The notes beneath the pieces are model-generated. The model made no database searches. It was not told the DNA's origin and was given only the letters and a program-made list of their open reading frames with translations. The translations under genes and the position numbers were made by a program. Below, piece after piece: positions 8,619-20,115 of a stretch of DNA of 64,000 bases (position 1 is the first letter of the stretch; every line of letters starts with the position of its first letter). The stretch is taken from assembly GCA_963742255.1 (NCBI GenBank), contig CAVUKW010000007.1, positions 1,680 through 65,679 of the forward strand, in the 5' to 3' direction. Origin of the DNA: Terriglobia bacterium (GTDB lineage: Bacteria; Acidobacteriota; Terriglobia; Bryobacterales; Bryobacteraceae).

Positions 8619-11494
8619 CTATGGCTCCGCTCCGGCCTTGGTCAGCTGCTTCACCCGCTGATCGATTTCGTCCTTCAGCTTGATCACCGGAACGCCGTCC
8701 GTCCACCACTTCGGCGGCTGGCGATCCTCCATCTCGTAATCGAAGAATTCCTTCATCCGGACGGTATAATCCTTCATATTTTCCGGTTTCCGGAGCCCGT
8801 GATTTTCGCCCTTGTATTCCAGCATCACCACCGGCTTCCCTAATCGCCGCAGCGTGTTGAAATATTCGATGCCCTGCGTCCAATCCACCGCGCCGTCCTT
8901 ATCGTTGTGCAGGATCATCAGCGGCGTCGTTACGTTTTTCGCGTGGTACACCGGTGAATTGCGCTGATACGCCTCGAGATTGTCCCAGGGACCGCTGGTA
9001 AACCGTCCCTGGCTGCTCTCGAAAATCGGCTGGTTCGCCGAACCCGTGTTCCAATACACCGCGTTGTACATCGCGATCATGTCGGTCAGCGGAGCGCCCG
9101 CGATCGCGGCGTGGAAAATATTGGTCTGCGTGATGGTAAACGCGGTCTGATAGCCTCCCCACGAATGCCCGTGCAGCGCGACCCGCTTCGCATCGACAAC
9201 ACCGGTGGCGATGGCCGCCTTCACGGCCGGCACGATGCACCACACCGCCGACATCCCCGGATCATTCACCTTATAGACGATGTCCGGCGTCAGCACCGCG
9301 TACCCGTTGCTGGTGTAATGCGCGATGTTGAACCCGTTGAACGTCGGGAACGAATAGCTGTTCGCCGCCTGCGACAGCTTCTCGTAAATGTACACGATCG
9401 CCGGATATGTCTTCGCCGGATCGTAATTCGCGGGCAGATAGAGCGCGCCCTGCAGCTTGTCGCCCTTATCGCTGGTGTAATCGACCACCTTCACGCCCTT
9501 CGACCACAAAATATTCTTCTGCTGAGGATTCGCGTCGGTGACGCGCGCGCCGTTTTCGAGTTTCGAGTCGCTCAGATAGAAATTCGGAAAATCCTGCGTT
9601 GTCTCGCGGGTATAAAGATAAACCCCGGCGTGTTTGGCCTTCAGCAGCGTCTGGTAATGCGCGTCATCCCAATCCAGCATGTGGATTCCCGCGCGTCCCG
9701 GCTCGACCACGCCGATCCCGCCCTTCTTGGTCCACTCGCCATACGCCGAGACATACACCGGCTGCGACAGATCGATGCCCTTCTCATTCGGATCCAGGCG
9801 GAACCGTGTGGCGTAGCGAATCTTCTCCTGCTTCCCGTTGCCCGTCAGATTCACGCCCGCGCCGCCATCGGCCGACGCCTTCCAGATGTCCCAGCCGTCA
9901 GACAAGAGCACGAACTTCGAATCGCTGGACCATCCGATCGGACGGCGCGGCGGCTTCACCACGTTATGATCGTCTTCGTTATCCCAGAACGTCGCATTCA
10001 GTTGTTTGCTGATATCGTGTGATTCCCCGGTCCCCAGATCGAAGGTATAAAACACCCCTTCGTCGTAGTAAAGGACGTGCGACGCATCGGGCGATGGTCC
10101 GAACACCCAGCGGGCCTTCTTAATCGCGATCTTCCGCTCGCCTGTCTTCAGGTTCACCGCATACACATCTTCAAAGCGCTTGCCGTCCAGATTCGATTCG
10201 AGCTCGTAATTGCGAACATCCGTCCCGATCGCATATTTCGTATTCGGCCGACGCCGCCACCTGCCGCACATCTTCGTCGGCCAGCCGCAGAAATTTATGC
10301 TCGGCCGGACGATAAAGGCACAGATAACTGAAATTCTCGTCCCGCCGTTCCTGCACTTCCTGCATCGGCGCCAGACGTTTGTCCTTCCAGTTCCAGATGA
10401 TCATGTCTGGCTTGTCCGGCTCGTCCTTCTTGCGAGCCGCTGGATCGTCCTTTTCGTCACTATCCTTCGCCTTCATCTCATGAATGCCGAAGGTCACCGC
10501 CGACAAATCCGCCATCCAGAACGGATTGCGATTCGGACTGATGGTCATCCCTTCCGGAAACGATTTATCTTTCGACGGATCGAACACGCGTCTTCTCCGG
10601 ACTCGCCGCCGAAAAATTGCGAAACGCCACCAGTGAATATAATTTGTCCTCCCACGCTTTATCCGCAACCCCGCGCAGCGCCGCCAGACCATCTCCCTTT
10701 TCGGTCCAATCCAGACCCTTATAACTCGCCTTCGCGCTATCCAGCGGAATCACCGCGCCGGTCGCCATATTCCGGACCTGGATGCCGTTGCCTTCCTGAT
10801 CCTGCGCGTCGATCAGCCACGCCAGCCAGTCGCCCTTCTTGTCGAACGAAAAATCCGATACGTTGCCGATGTTCATATCGGTGCCGCTTCCCAGTTCCTC
10901 GACGATCAGATCCGCCCCCTGCGGACGATCGTCATTCGACGGCGTACCCGGCGCCGCCGCTGGAGGAGCGGCCGGAGTCGCCGGCGTCGGACGATACCGC
11001 AGCATCGCGATCGCGCTCGACTTCTCGCCGGAAAATTCGAAACGGCGGATCTTATCGAACTCCTTCTTATTGCCCGTCGCTAGATCCACCAGCATCAGCT
11101 TGCTCTCCACCGGCTTGTGTTGCTTGCGCAGCGCCCGAGCATCCTTGCGCGCCGGATAAACCAGGAACGCCGCGAATTTCGAATCGGCCGAAAGCGCCAG
11201 ATCGTGCGGCGGAGGCGGCGGTGGTCCCGCAAATGGATTCGGCGGCGGCGGCAATTCGCCGATCGCGTAGTGCTGCTCCTTGCCGCTCCGCAAATCGCGG
11301 ATCACCACTTCCGCGTTACCCTCGTTCGGCGCCAGCTTATACGCGAACCACCGGCCGTCGTTCGACACCGCGGGCGTCTGGATGCGTTTCCATCCCAGGA
11401 TATCGGCGAGCTGCATGGCGTGCGGAGCGGAGGCTTCGTCGGCGGCGAAACCGAAAGCCGCAAATAGCGCGGCGAGCAGGATACGTCTCTTCAT
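8619..11494 (-). CDS. S9-family serine peptidase (prolyl oligopeptidase/DPP type) with N-terminal beta-propeller and signal peptide, 2 frameshifts
   Basis: Pieces 10565..11494 (MKRRILLAALFAAFGFAA signal), 10171..10692 and 8619..10271. Catalytic motifs: GHSWGGYQ (GxSxGG), NDKDGAVDW, GENHGL. Confidence 0.85.
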
Positions 11495-11507
11495 AGGCTG
11501 GATGTTA

Positions 11508-14500
11508 TCACTTTACGGCGGATACGTTGATGCCCGCGAACTGCTCCGCCAGCATACGGACCGCGCGCAGATCCAGCTTTCCGGTGCCCAGCGTCGGCAG
11601 GCATTCCACCTGATAGATGTTGTCGCGCTTGGGCAGCCACAGCTTCGGCAGATCCGATTCCGACAGCCTGCGCCACACCTCGTCGGGCTTCAATTCAAGT
11701 GACACGTACAACAGCACCAGGCGCTCTCCGCGAACCAGATCCGGAACGCCGGTCACCGCGCAATGCGCTTCGCCGATCAGCCCGCACGCTGCTTCTTCGA
11801 TCTTCAAATGCGGCACCATCTCGCCGCCGATTTTGCTGAAACGCGAGAGCCGGTCGGTGATTCGCAGGAATCCATCTTCGTCCATCACCGCCAGATCGCC
11901 GGTGCGATACCAGCCGTCCTCCGTCGCCGCCGCGGTGCGCTCCGGATCATTCCAATATCCGATCATGCGATTCGCGCCGCGCACCATCAGTAATCCTTCA
12001 CGATCGGAGCCCAGCGGTTCCCTCGTTTCGAGGTCCACCACCTTGGCCGCGACCCCCGGCAGCGTATGGCCCACCGTGCCATGCTTGGTCCCGATTTGCG
12101 TGTCGCGTCCGGCTTCGTAACCCGGCGCGTTCACCGCCACCACCGGCGACATTTCCGTGCAGCCATAGCCTTCGAGCAGCTCCAGGCCAAACGCCTCTTC
12201 AAACATTCTCCTTACCGGCTCGCGCAATTTTTCCGCGCCCACCAACACGTAGCGTAGCGACGCGAATTGCTCCCTGGTGCACTTCCGGGCGTAGCCTGCG
12301 CAGAACGTCGGCGTCGAAAGCAGCAGCGTTCCCTGATATTTCTCCACCATCTCGCCGATGGTCTTCGCATCGGTTGGATTCGAGTGATACACCGCGCCGC
12401 ATCCATCCACCAGCGGCAGCCACAGCGTCACCGTGAATCCAAAGGAGTGAAAGAACGGCAGCACGCCGACAATGCGATCCCGCTCGGTCAACCAGAACAC
12501 CTGCACCATCGCCTCGATATTCGCGATGACGTTATAGTGCGAGAGCATCACGCCCTTGGGCTCGCCCGTGCTGCCGCTCGAAAAAATGATCGTCGCCAGC
12601 GAATCGGGCGACACTCGCGGACAAAGCCACAGCGCCGGAGCCAGACGCGCCGCCAGCAATGCGCGGATCTTCGCGAATCCGCCCGCCGCCGCGAACAAAT
12701 CCTCCACGAAGACCATGCCGTCCATCAGTTCAATGCCGGCCTTCTCCAGAAACTTCTTCGACGTCACGATGGTCCGGATGCGGCACTGCTCCACCGCCGC
12801 GCGCATCGCTTCCGCCCCCGCCGTGAAATTCAGATTGACCGGCACACCGCCGGCCATGCTGATGCCCGCGTTCACTAAAGCTCCCGCCACGGTCGACGGC
12901 AGCATCACCCCGATCATCGACTCGGCCGGCCGCTCCTTCCGCAGCCACCGCGACACCAGCAGGCTCGCCGTCAGGGCCTGCCCGTATTTCAATTCCCGTC
13001 CCGTCGAATCGGCCATCGCCAGCCTCGACCAGTTCCGCCGCGCGCTGCGAAGGAAGCGCCGCGGAAGCGTGTCGCCAGGCGTCTTGCGAAATTCCACCGC
13101 CCGGCTGGCCATCTCCGCCACCGCCTGTTGCACCTCGAACGGCTTCGAATCCGGAGCCATCGGCGAGCCGAAAGACACCGTGACCCGGCGTCGAAACTGC
13201 CTCGGACGCTTCCAGAAAAATCGCCCTTCCGAGAAACTGAACAGGCTCCCCCACAGATTGTCGATGTGGACCGGAATAATCGGCACTTCCAGGCCTTCTA
13301 AAATGCGCTCCATGCCGCGCTTCATCGGCAGCAGGTTGCCGGTGCGCGTGATCGCCCCTTCCGCGAAGATCCCGACGACGTGGCCCTCGATCAATTCCTT
13401 TCGCGCCGCCCGGATTTGCGCCACCGTATCCCGAGGACCGCTGGTGCCCACCGGAATCGCTTTGGCGAATTTGAAGAACCAGTGCATCGCCTTGTGCTCG
13501 TAATACGGCTTCCAGATCATGAAACGCAGCAGGCGCTGCATGGTGGCGTTCAGAAAGAATCCATCGCCGTGCGTAGTGTGGTTCGCCACCAGCAGCGCCG
13601 GCCCCCGGAACGGAATGTTCTCGCGCCCCTCGATCCGGATCCGGTACAGCGCATGCATCATCATCCACAACGAGAATCGCACCAGAAACTCGGGGATCAG
13701 CCGCGCGACATAGAACGAAACAAGCAGCGCCATCGCGCCAAATACCAGCAGCATCTTGTCGGCGCTGAAATGCCAGCGGTCGTTCAGCAGAAACATCGTG
13801 CCCCACGCCGGCACCACCGCGAGCATGTTGTAAAAATTGTTCGTCGCCAGGATCCGGCCTTTTTCCGTCGCGCCGCTGCGTTGCTGCAGATAAGCGTTCA
13901 ACGGAACGAGGAACAATCCGCTCCCGAGGCCCAACAGCCCCAGGCAGACCATCGACGCCGCGTAAGAGCCGATCGCGAAGTACGCCCCGATGCAGCTCAC
14001 GCCCATGAGCGCCGCGCCTATCGGCACCAGTCCGAGTTCCACTTTGTCGCCCGATAGACGCCCCGCCAGCATGCCGCCCGCGCCGACCCCGACCGCGAGC
14101 GAGGTCACCATCAGCCCCACACTCAGCTTCATCGCCTCGCTGCCCGCCACCAGCAAATCCATCTGAAACATCGCGCCCAGAAACCAAAGATAGGAAATGC
14201 CGATCACCGCCAGCAACACGGGACGATCCCGCAAAAAAGATCGGGTCCCCTGGATCACTTCGCTTAATGGATTGATCGGGAATCGCGCTCCCGTATGCGC
14301 CGCCTTCACCCGCGTAATTCCCAGGCTGACCAACAACCCTGTGACCGCGATCGCGAGCACCACGCCGCCCATCTTCCACGGCTCGTCTGCCCACGCCGCG
14401 GACAGGAAAGAACCCCCGGAAATCCCTAGCGCGATCGCGATGAACGTGCTCATCTCCAGCAGTCCATTGGCGCGCGACAAATCCTGCTCCCGCACGATCT

Positions 14501-14954
14501 CCCCCACGATCCCGTATTTCGCGGGACTGAAAATCGTCGAGTGCAGAGCCATCAGAAACAGCACCGCCAGCATCAGGTCGATGTTGCTCGAAAAGAACGA
14601 CGCGAGCCCCAGCCCCATCGCGAAAATCTCGAAGACCTTCACCGAGATCAGCACTGTCCGCTTGCTGAAACGATCGGCCAGGTAGCCCGAGTATCCCGAG
14701 AACAGCAGGAAAGGAATGACGAATACCGCGCCCGCCAGCGACAGATACTTCGCGCTCGCGCCGCTCGACGCGGCCAGCTGCACGGCGCGCATCGACACGA
14801 TCACCTTATAAAGGATGTCGTTCAGCGTGCCCAGGAACTGAGTCCACAGAAAGGACTTAAATCCAGAGCGCGAAAGAACGTCGCGAAAGCTGCTCGGTTC
14901 CACTGTCTTCAAAGCAAAACCGGATCCTGCGCGGGATGCTTTGGAATCAGCCAT
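11508..14954 (-). CDS. Tri-domain fusion: MFS lysophospholipid transporter (LplT-like) + PlsC-type acyltransferase + AMP-binding acyl-ACP synthetase (Aas-like)
   Basis: Intact ORF 11508..15038, with the likely Met at 14954. About 12 TM segments, then NHTTHGD (HxxxxD acyltransferase motif), then IIFSSGSTGEPKGVMLSH (AMP-binding motif I) and YRTGDL. Confidence 0.85.
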   Translation of the reverse strand: MADSKASRAGSGFALKTVEPSSFRDVLSRSGFKSFLWTQFLGTLNDILYKVIVSMRAVQLAASSGASAKYLSLAGAVFVIPFLLFSGYSGYLADRFSKRTVLISVKVFEIFAMGLGLASFFSSNIDLMLAVLFLMALHSTIFSPAKYGIVGEIVREQDLSRANGLLEMSTFIAIALGISGGSFLSAAWADEPWKMGGVVLAIAVTGLLVSLGITRVKAAHTGARFPINPLSEVIQGTRSFLRDRPVLLAVIGISYLWFLGAMFQMDLLVAGSEAMKLSVGLMVTSLAVGVGAGGMLAGRLSGDKVELGLVPIGAALMGVSCIGAYFAIGSYAASMVCLGLLGLGSGLFLVPLNAYLQQRSGATEKGRILATNNFYNMLAVVPAWGTMFLLNDRWHFSADKMLLVFGAMALLVSFYVARLIPEFLVRFSLWMMMHALYRIRIEGRENIPFRGPALLVANHTTHGDGFFLNATMQRLLRFMIWKPYYEHKAMHWFFKFAKAIPVGTSGPRDTVAQIRAARKELIEGHVVGIFAEGAITRTGNLLPMKRGMERILEGLEVPIIPVHIDNLWGSLFSFSEGRFFWKRPRQFRRRVTVSFGSPMAPDSKPFEVQQAVAEMASRAVEFRKTPGDTLPRRFLRSARRNWSRLAMADSTGRELKYGQALTASLLVSRWLRKERPAESMIGVMLPSTVAGALVNAGISMAGGVPVNLNFTAGAEAMRAAVEQCRIRTIVTSKKFLEKAGIELMDGMVFVEDLFAAAGGFAKIRALLAARLAPALWLCPRVSPDSLATIIFSSGSTGEPKGVMLSHYNVIANIEAMVQVFWLTERDRIVGVLPFFHSFGFTVTLWLPLVDGCGAVYHSNPTDAKTIGEMVEKYQGTLLLSTPTFCAGYARKCTREQFASLRYVLVGAEKLREPVRRMFEEAFGLELLEGYGCTEMSPVVAVNAPGYEAGRDTQIGTKHGTVGHTLPGVAAKVVDLETREPLGSDREGLLMVRGANRMIGYWNDPERTAAATEDGWYRTGDLAVMDEDGFLRITDRLSRFSKIGGEMVPHLKIEEAACGLIGEAHCAVTGVPDLVRGERLVLLYVSLELKPDEVWRRLSESDLPKLWLPKRDNIYQVECLPTLGTGKLDLRAVRMLAEQFAGINVSAVK

Positions 14955-15091
14955 GAGAAAGTATTTCTGGTCGCAAACAGCACTGGAGGATCGAATTCCG
15001 GGCGCGCCTTCCTTTAAAATGTCTCCGGGTTCGCCCATTGTAACCCGTCCCTCCCGAGCATGATCGCGCCGAGGCGTAAACCATTGGGCGC

Positions 15092-16288
15092 ATGCGCATA
15101 TGCCAAAATAACTACATGGCTGGCAGCATTGCGCTCCCTTCGCGCGCCCATGCGCGCGCCGCTACGTTTCCCGCGATTCCCTGGTATCTCTGGGCATCCA
15201 CCATCGGCGTCACCTCGGCAATGATCGGCGTGCAATGGGATATTTCCTGGCACCGCTCCATCGGCCGCGACACCTTCTGGACTCCGGCGCACATGGCGAT
15301 TTATCTGTGCGGCATCATCGCCGGAATCTCCTCCGCTTATCTGATCCTCGCGACCACGTTCGGCAAGCTGCCGGAAGTCCGCGAAGCTTCGGTGAAGATG
15401 TGGGGCTTCCGTGGACCTCTCGGCGCATTCATCACCGCCTGGGGCGGTATCGCGATGCTCGTCTCCGCGCCCTTCGACAACTGGTGGCATAACGCCTACG
15501 GGCTCGACGTCCAGATCCTCAGCCCGCCTCACACGGTACTCGCGGCAGGCGTGGTCGCTATCGAATTGGGCGCGCTGATCCTCGTTCTTGGATATATGAA
15601 CCGGTCCGCCGGCGAAGAACGCGGCTGGTACAGCAAATTGTTTATGTACCTCGGATCGATGATCGTCATCGTGTTTCAGATTCTGACGATGGAGTACAGC
15701 AATCGCATCCTCCAGCACACCGCGCTGTTTTACCTGGCTATGTCGATCGCCGTTCCAGCTGGACTCATTGGAGTCGCCGTGGCTTCCGGAAACCGCTGGG
15801 GTGCGACCATTCTCGCCGCGATCTACACCATCTTCACCGCGGGACTGGTCTGGATTCTGCCGCTGTTTCCAGCCGAGCCCAAGTTGGGACCGGTATTCAA
15901 TCCGGTGACCCATTTCGTCCCGCCGCAATTTCCCTTGCTGCTGATCGTGCCCGCCTTCGCGATCGACCTGCTGCGGCATTATTTCGACCGCCGCGGGATC
16001 AATCCCTGGTTGCAGGCCGTGGCCCTGGGGATCGTCTTCCTGGGCGTATTCATCGCCGTGCAATGGCCCTTCGCCGACTTCCTGATGAGTCCGGACGCCG
16101 CCAATCGCTTCTTCGGCACCATCTATCGCGATTATGCCAGCGGACCGGATTCGCTCGAGGCGCGGAATCTCTTCTACACCCTCGAAACCGGATTCACCAC
16201 CCGCCTGATCATCGCCGGCTTCGTGTCCATTTTCCTGGCGCGCGTCGGATTGGCCTGGGGCAACTGGATGAAGACGGTGAAACGATGA
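15092..16288 (+). CDS. Polytopic membrane protein, unknown family
   Basis: Intact 398-aa ORF with about 10 hydrophobic segments. Conserved-looking WDISWHRSIGRDTFWTPAHMAIY and FDNWWHNAYGLDV. Its TGA overlaps the next ATG (ATGA at 16285..16288). Confidence 0.6.
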   Translation: MRICQNNYMAGSIALPSRAHARAATFPAIPWYLWASTIGVTSAMIGVQWDISWHRSIGRDTFWTPAHMAIYLCGIIAGISSAYLILATTFGKLPEVREASVKMWGFRGPLGAFITAWGGIAMLVSAPFDNWWHNAYGLDVQILSPPHTVLAAGVVAIELGALILVLGYMNRSAGEERGWYSKLFMYLGSMIVIVFQILTMEYSNRILQHTALFYLAMSIAVPAGLIGVAVASGNRWGATILAAIYTIFTAGLVWILPLFPAEPKLGPVFNPVTHFVPPQFPLLLIVPAFAIDLLRHYFDRRGINPWLQAVALGIVFLGVFIAVQWPFADFLMSPDAANRFFGTIYRDYASGPDSLEARNLFYTLETGFTTRLIIAGFVSIFLARVGLAWGNWMKTVKR

Positions 16289-17769
16289 AGCGCTCGCCGA
16301 TTCTGCTGTGCTTCGCGATTCTAGGGGCCGGCCTCGCGCAGGCGCACATCGGATCGCCCGACGTTTTTCTGCAAGGCTCCGCCGGACCATATCCGCTGTA
16401 CGTGACGATTCGCCCGCCCACGGTGATCCCCGGCGTCGCTGAAGTGGAGATCCGCTGCTCCTCGTCCGCCATCCGCGAGCTTCACGTCACCCCGACCCCG
16501 CTCACCGGCGATGGCGCGAAGTTTGCCCCGACACCCGACACGTTGCAGCGCTCCAAGGACGATCCCCAGTTTTTCACCGGCTCTATGTGGATGATGGCTC
16601 CCGGATCGTGGGAAGTTCACGTCCGCGCCGATGGCGAACAGGGAGCGGGAGAACTCGCGGTCCCTGTTCCCGCCATCGCGACCCAGACCAAGGCGATGCA
16701 ATCCGCGCTCGCCGTGTTTCTTTTGATAATGACGTTGGTGCTCAGCTTGGGAATCATCAGCATCGTCGGCGCCGGAGCTCGCGAAGGTCAACTTGCGCCT
16801 GGAGCCGCGCCCGACGATCGCCGCAAACGTCGCGCGCGAATCCTGATGGGAACCGCCGCGGCCCTGGTCGCGCTGATCCTCTGGGGCGGCGATCGCTGGT
16901 GGACCACCGAAGCCAACGGCTACGCCCGCCAGCTCTACCAACCGATCGCCATGTCGGCGTCGGTCGACTCGAGCGACCATCTGGTGCTCCAGTTAAAAAA
17001 TCCGGAATTTATGGTTCGCCCGGTGGACGATTTTCTGCCCGATCACGGCCACCTGATGCACCTGTACGTGATTCGCGAGCCTGACTTCGATCACGTGTGG
17101 CACCTGCATCCCGAGTTGAATCGCACCGGCGACGTCCGTCCATTGCGGCCCGGACGCGGCGTCGGATGGCGCACCGGACCGGGCGTCAAGGAAGCCGCCT
17201 CCAGTGCCGTTTTCATCCAGAACCTTCCGCCGATGCCGGCAGGCAGTTACAAAGCCTACGGCGACGTGGTGCATAGCAGCGGTTTTCCCGAAACCCTGGT
17301 GGCCGAGTTCACGCTTCCGCGCGATATCGCCGGCACCCCGCTTCAAGGCGACGATGCCGGCGGCGTTCGCGATGTTTCGCCCGACGGCGTTCACCTCATC
17401 TGGGTGCGCGATTCGTCGCCGCCCAAAGCCGGCCGCGCCGACGGCTTTAAATTCCGCATGGTGGATAAAGACGGCAAGCCTGTCACGGACACCGAACTGT
17501 ACATGGGCATGCTGGGCCACGCCGCGTTCGTCAAGAACGACGGCACGGTGTTCGCGCACGTGCATCCCTCCGGATCGGTCCCCATGGCGGCGCTGGAGCT
17601 CGCCAATCCGTCAGGCCAAGGCCACGACATGATGCACATGGACGGAGTGCCGCCCGAAGTGGTGTTTCCCTACGGATTTCCCACGCCCGGCGACTATCGC
17701 GTCATCGTGCAGATGAAGCACGCGGGCGTGGTCGAGACCGGAGTGTTCGACGCCCACGTAGTTCCATAA
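16285..17769 (+). CDS. Exported/membrane-anchored His-rich protein: N-terminal domain beginning with His after the signal peptide, 2 TM segments, duplicated H-x-H...HxHP domain
   Basis: In-frame ATG at 16285 in ORF 16063..17769. Signal MKRSPILLCFAILGAGLAQA, then HIGSPDV. Two TM segments. Repeats HLMHLYVIREPDFDHVWHLHPE and LGHAAFVKNDGTVFAHVHPSG, ending GDYRVIVQMKHAG. Confidence 0.6.
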   Translation: MKRSPILLCFAILGAGLAQAHIGSPDVFLQGSAGPYPLYVTIRPPTVIPGVAEVEIRCSSSAIRELHVTPTPLTGDGAKFAPTPDTLQRSKDDPQFFTGSMWMMAPGSWEVHVRADGEQGAGELAVPVPAIATQTKAMQSALAVFLLIMTLVLSLGIISIVGAGAREGQLAPGAAPDDRRKRRARILMGTAAALVALILWGGDRWWTTEANGYARQLYQPIAMSASVDSSDHLVLQLKNPEFMVRPVDDFLPDHGHLMHLYVIREPDFDHVWHLHPELNRTGDVRPLRPGRGVGWRTGPGVKEAASSAVFIQNLPPMPAGSYKAYGDVVHSSGFPETLVAEFTLPRDIAGTPLQGDDAGGVRDVSPDGVHLIWVRDSSPPKAGRADGFKFRMVDKDGKPVTDTELYMGMLGHAAFVKNDGTVFAHVHPSGSVPMAALELANPSGQGHDMMHMDGVPPEVVFPYGFPTPGDYRVIVQMKHAGVVETGVFDAHVVP

Positions 17770-17777
17770 CGATCTTC

Positions 17778-20115
17778 TTAATAGAGTAAGAACGGCCGCC
17801 GCCGGTCGAGAAACGTCTTGATCTGATCGTCGATCGCCGTCTCGATGCTTCGCGGATCCTCGCCCGCCTTCATCTGCTCTATCGCTTTGCGATTGCCGAT
17901 CAGAAAACGGCACTTCTCCAGATCGATCTTCCCCGGATACAATTTGTCCAGCGCATAAGCCAGCTCCAGGCCCAGCCGCACCGAGCTGAACTGCTCGCGA
18001 TTGACGATTACGAATCGCACACCCTCGATCCGCTTGCCCTTGAAATTCGACGAGTCCGGCGTGAACGCCGTCGGATAAACACGCAGACCCGGAATCTGGC
18101 GGGCGTTTAGAAACTGCGCCAGCTCCGGGCCGCGAATCCAGTCCGCGCCGATCTGCTCGAACGGCGCATCCGTGCCGCGGCCGACCGAATAGTTGGTCGT
18201 CGCTTCCAGCATCGCCGAGCCCCGTCATAAAGCGTCGCGGCGTTCAGGCTGCGCATATTCGGCGACGGATCGATCCAGGCCAGCCCGGTCGAATCGAACC
18301 AGTCGCCGCGCTGCCAGTTCTTCATCTTGACGACGTGCAGGTCGGCGTTGCAGTTTGCGCTCCGCGTTGGCCATCGTGGCCAGTTCGCCGAGCGTCAGGC
18401 CGTGGCGGATCGGCATGTCGTAACATCCGACGAAGCTGTGCAGATCGGAGTCGAGCAGCGGACCCTCCACGTGCGCGCCGGTCACCGGATTCGGCCGGTC
18501 CAGAACATAAAACGGCGTGCTGCGTCTTGGCCGCTTCCTCCATCCGCATACAGCATCGTGCACGAATAAGTGTAGAACCGCGCGCCCGCGTCCTGAATAT
18601 CGAACACCAGCAAGTCGACGTCGCTCAGCATTTGCGGACGTCATGCGATAGCGCCCGTTGATCGTGCAGGCTCCAGACCGGCAGCCCCGTAGCGGCGTCC
18701 TTGGTATCGGCGACGTTCTCCACGTCTTCAGCTCCGTTGATGCCGTGCTCCGGCGAGAACAATGCCGTCACGTGAACTCCCGCCGCGATCATCGCGTCCA
18801 CGTTGCGGCGTCCCTGCCGGTCGAGCCCGGTCTGATTGGTGATCAGTCCGATGCGCTTGCCCTTCAGCGGCGCGAACTTCTCTTGCTCCAGCACGTCGAG
18901 CCCGGTCAGCGTCTCGTGATTCGGCGAGATCATCCGCCGCACACCCGCGCCTTCCAGCGTTTCGTTGTACCCGGTCACGCTCACCCCCGGCGCGTCGACG
19001 CCCAGCGAAGCCGCGACAATCGTCGCCACCCTGCTCCGCAGCGGAGCTGAGACTTCTTCCCCGCTTCGGATGCACCACGTTGGTCAAAAGGATCACGTAG
19101 GACTTCGATCGCTGGATCCATCCACATCGATGTGCCCGTGAATCCCGTGTGCCCGTAGGAGCCGATCGGAAACAGCTCGCCGCGATTCGATGAATACGGC
19201 GAATCGATATCCCAGCCGAGGCCGCGCAGCACCGGCTGATCCGGCGGCGTGTTCGGCGACGTGAATTTCTTCACCGTGAGCGGCGAAAACATCCGCGTGC
19301 CGCCATCGTCACCCATGCCCAGCATCATCTCGGCGAACTTCGCCAGATCCGACGCCGTGGTGAACAAGCCCGCGTGTCCCGCGACGCCGCCCATGTAGCG
19401 CGCCGTCGGATCGTGCACGACGCCCCGAAACGGCTTGCCCGTAGCCGGATCGATCTCGGTCGGCGCGATGCGCGCGCGCAGCGACGCCGGAGGCCGGAAC
19501 ATGGTCTCGTGCATCCCCAGCGGCTCGAAAATATTCCGCGTGCGTATAGTCGTCCAGCATCTTGCCGCTCAGCCGATGCACGATCTCGCCCAGCAGCTCG
19601 AAATTGATATCGCTATACACGAACCGCGTCCCGGGAGGCCCCGCCGGCTTATCGATCAGCGCGCGCTGAATGCCGGTTTCGTAGCCGCACCACGCTGGTT
19701 CCAGATCCAGATCCGGACGCAGCCCGGAAAAATGCGTCATCAGATCGCGAATCGTGATGTCGCTCTTGCCGCCCTGAAATTCCGGCAGATATGCGGTCAC
19801 CGGATCGGCGATGCGCAGCTTGCCTTGCTCGAACAGCTTCATCAGCGACGGCGTGGTCGCGATCACCTTGGTCAGCGACGCCATGTCGAAAATCGTATCG
19901 ACGGTCATCGGCTCGCGCGACGGAATCAGCGCCGCTCGCCGTAGGCCTTGCGATGCAGAATTTTTCCGTTCTGCCCCACGATCAGCACCGCGCCGGGAAT
20001 CAATCCGTCCTGCACCGCCTGTTCCACCGCCGCGTCCAGCGCCGGCGATGCCGGAATAACGTCTCCTGCGCCAGTGCCGACGCGGCGCCAGAACGATGGC
20101 CAGCAGAACTCTCAT
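17778..20115 (-). CDS. Fusion of a beta-lactamase-fold serine hydrolase (AmiE/YbbE-like) with a DUF1343/NamZ-type exo-N-acetylmuramidase domain; at least 6 frameshifts
   Basis: N-terminal pieces 19309..20232 (ATG at 20115; ASLTK SxxK motif; FVYSDINFELLG) and 18981..19514 (GHTGFTGTSMWMDP). Linker piece 18728..19096 (ILLTNVVHPKRG). These run directly into the DUF1343 pieces 18625..19029 (LKGKRIGLITNQTGLD), 18225..18644, 18107..18325 and 17778..18212. Confidence 0.75.

Noticed and set aside
12730-14394. 554-aa ORF on the minus strand, plus similar long ORFs at 10210..11496(+), 15014..16390(-), 53535..54695(-), 55288..56508(-) and 56235..58061(-)
   Set aside because: They are Arg/Gly/Pro/Ala-rich, low-complexity translations lying out of frame or antisense to well-supported genes. 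These are typical shadow ORFs of GC-rich DNA.
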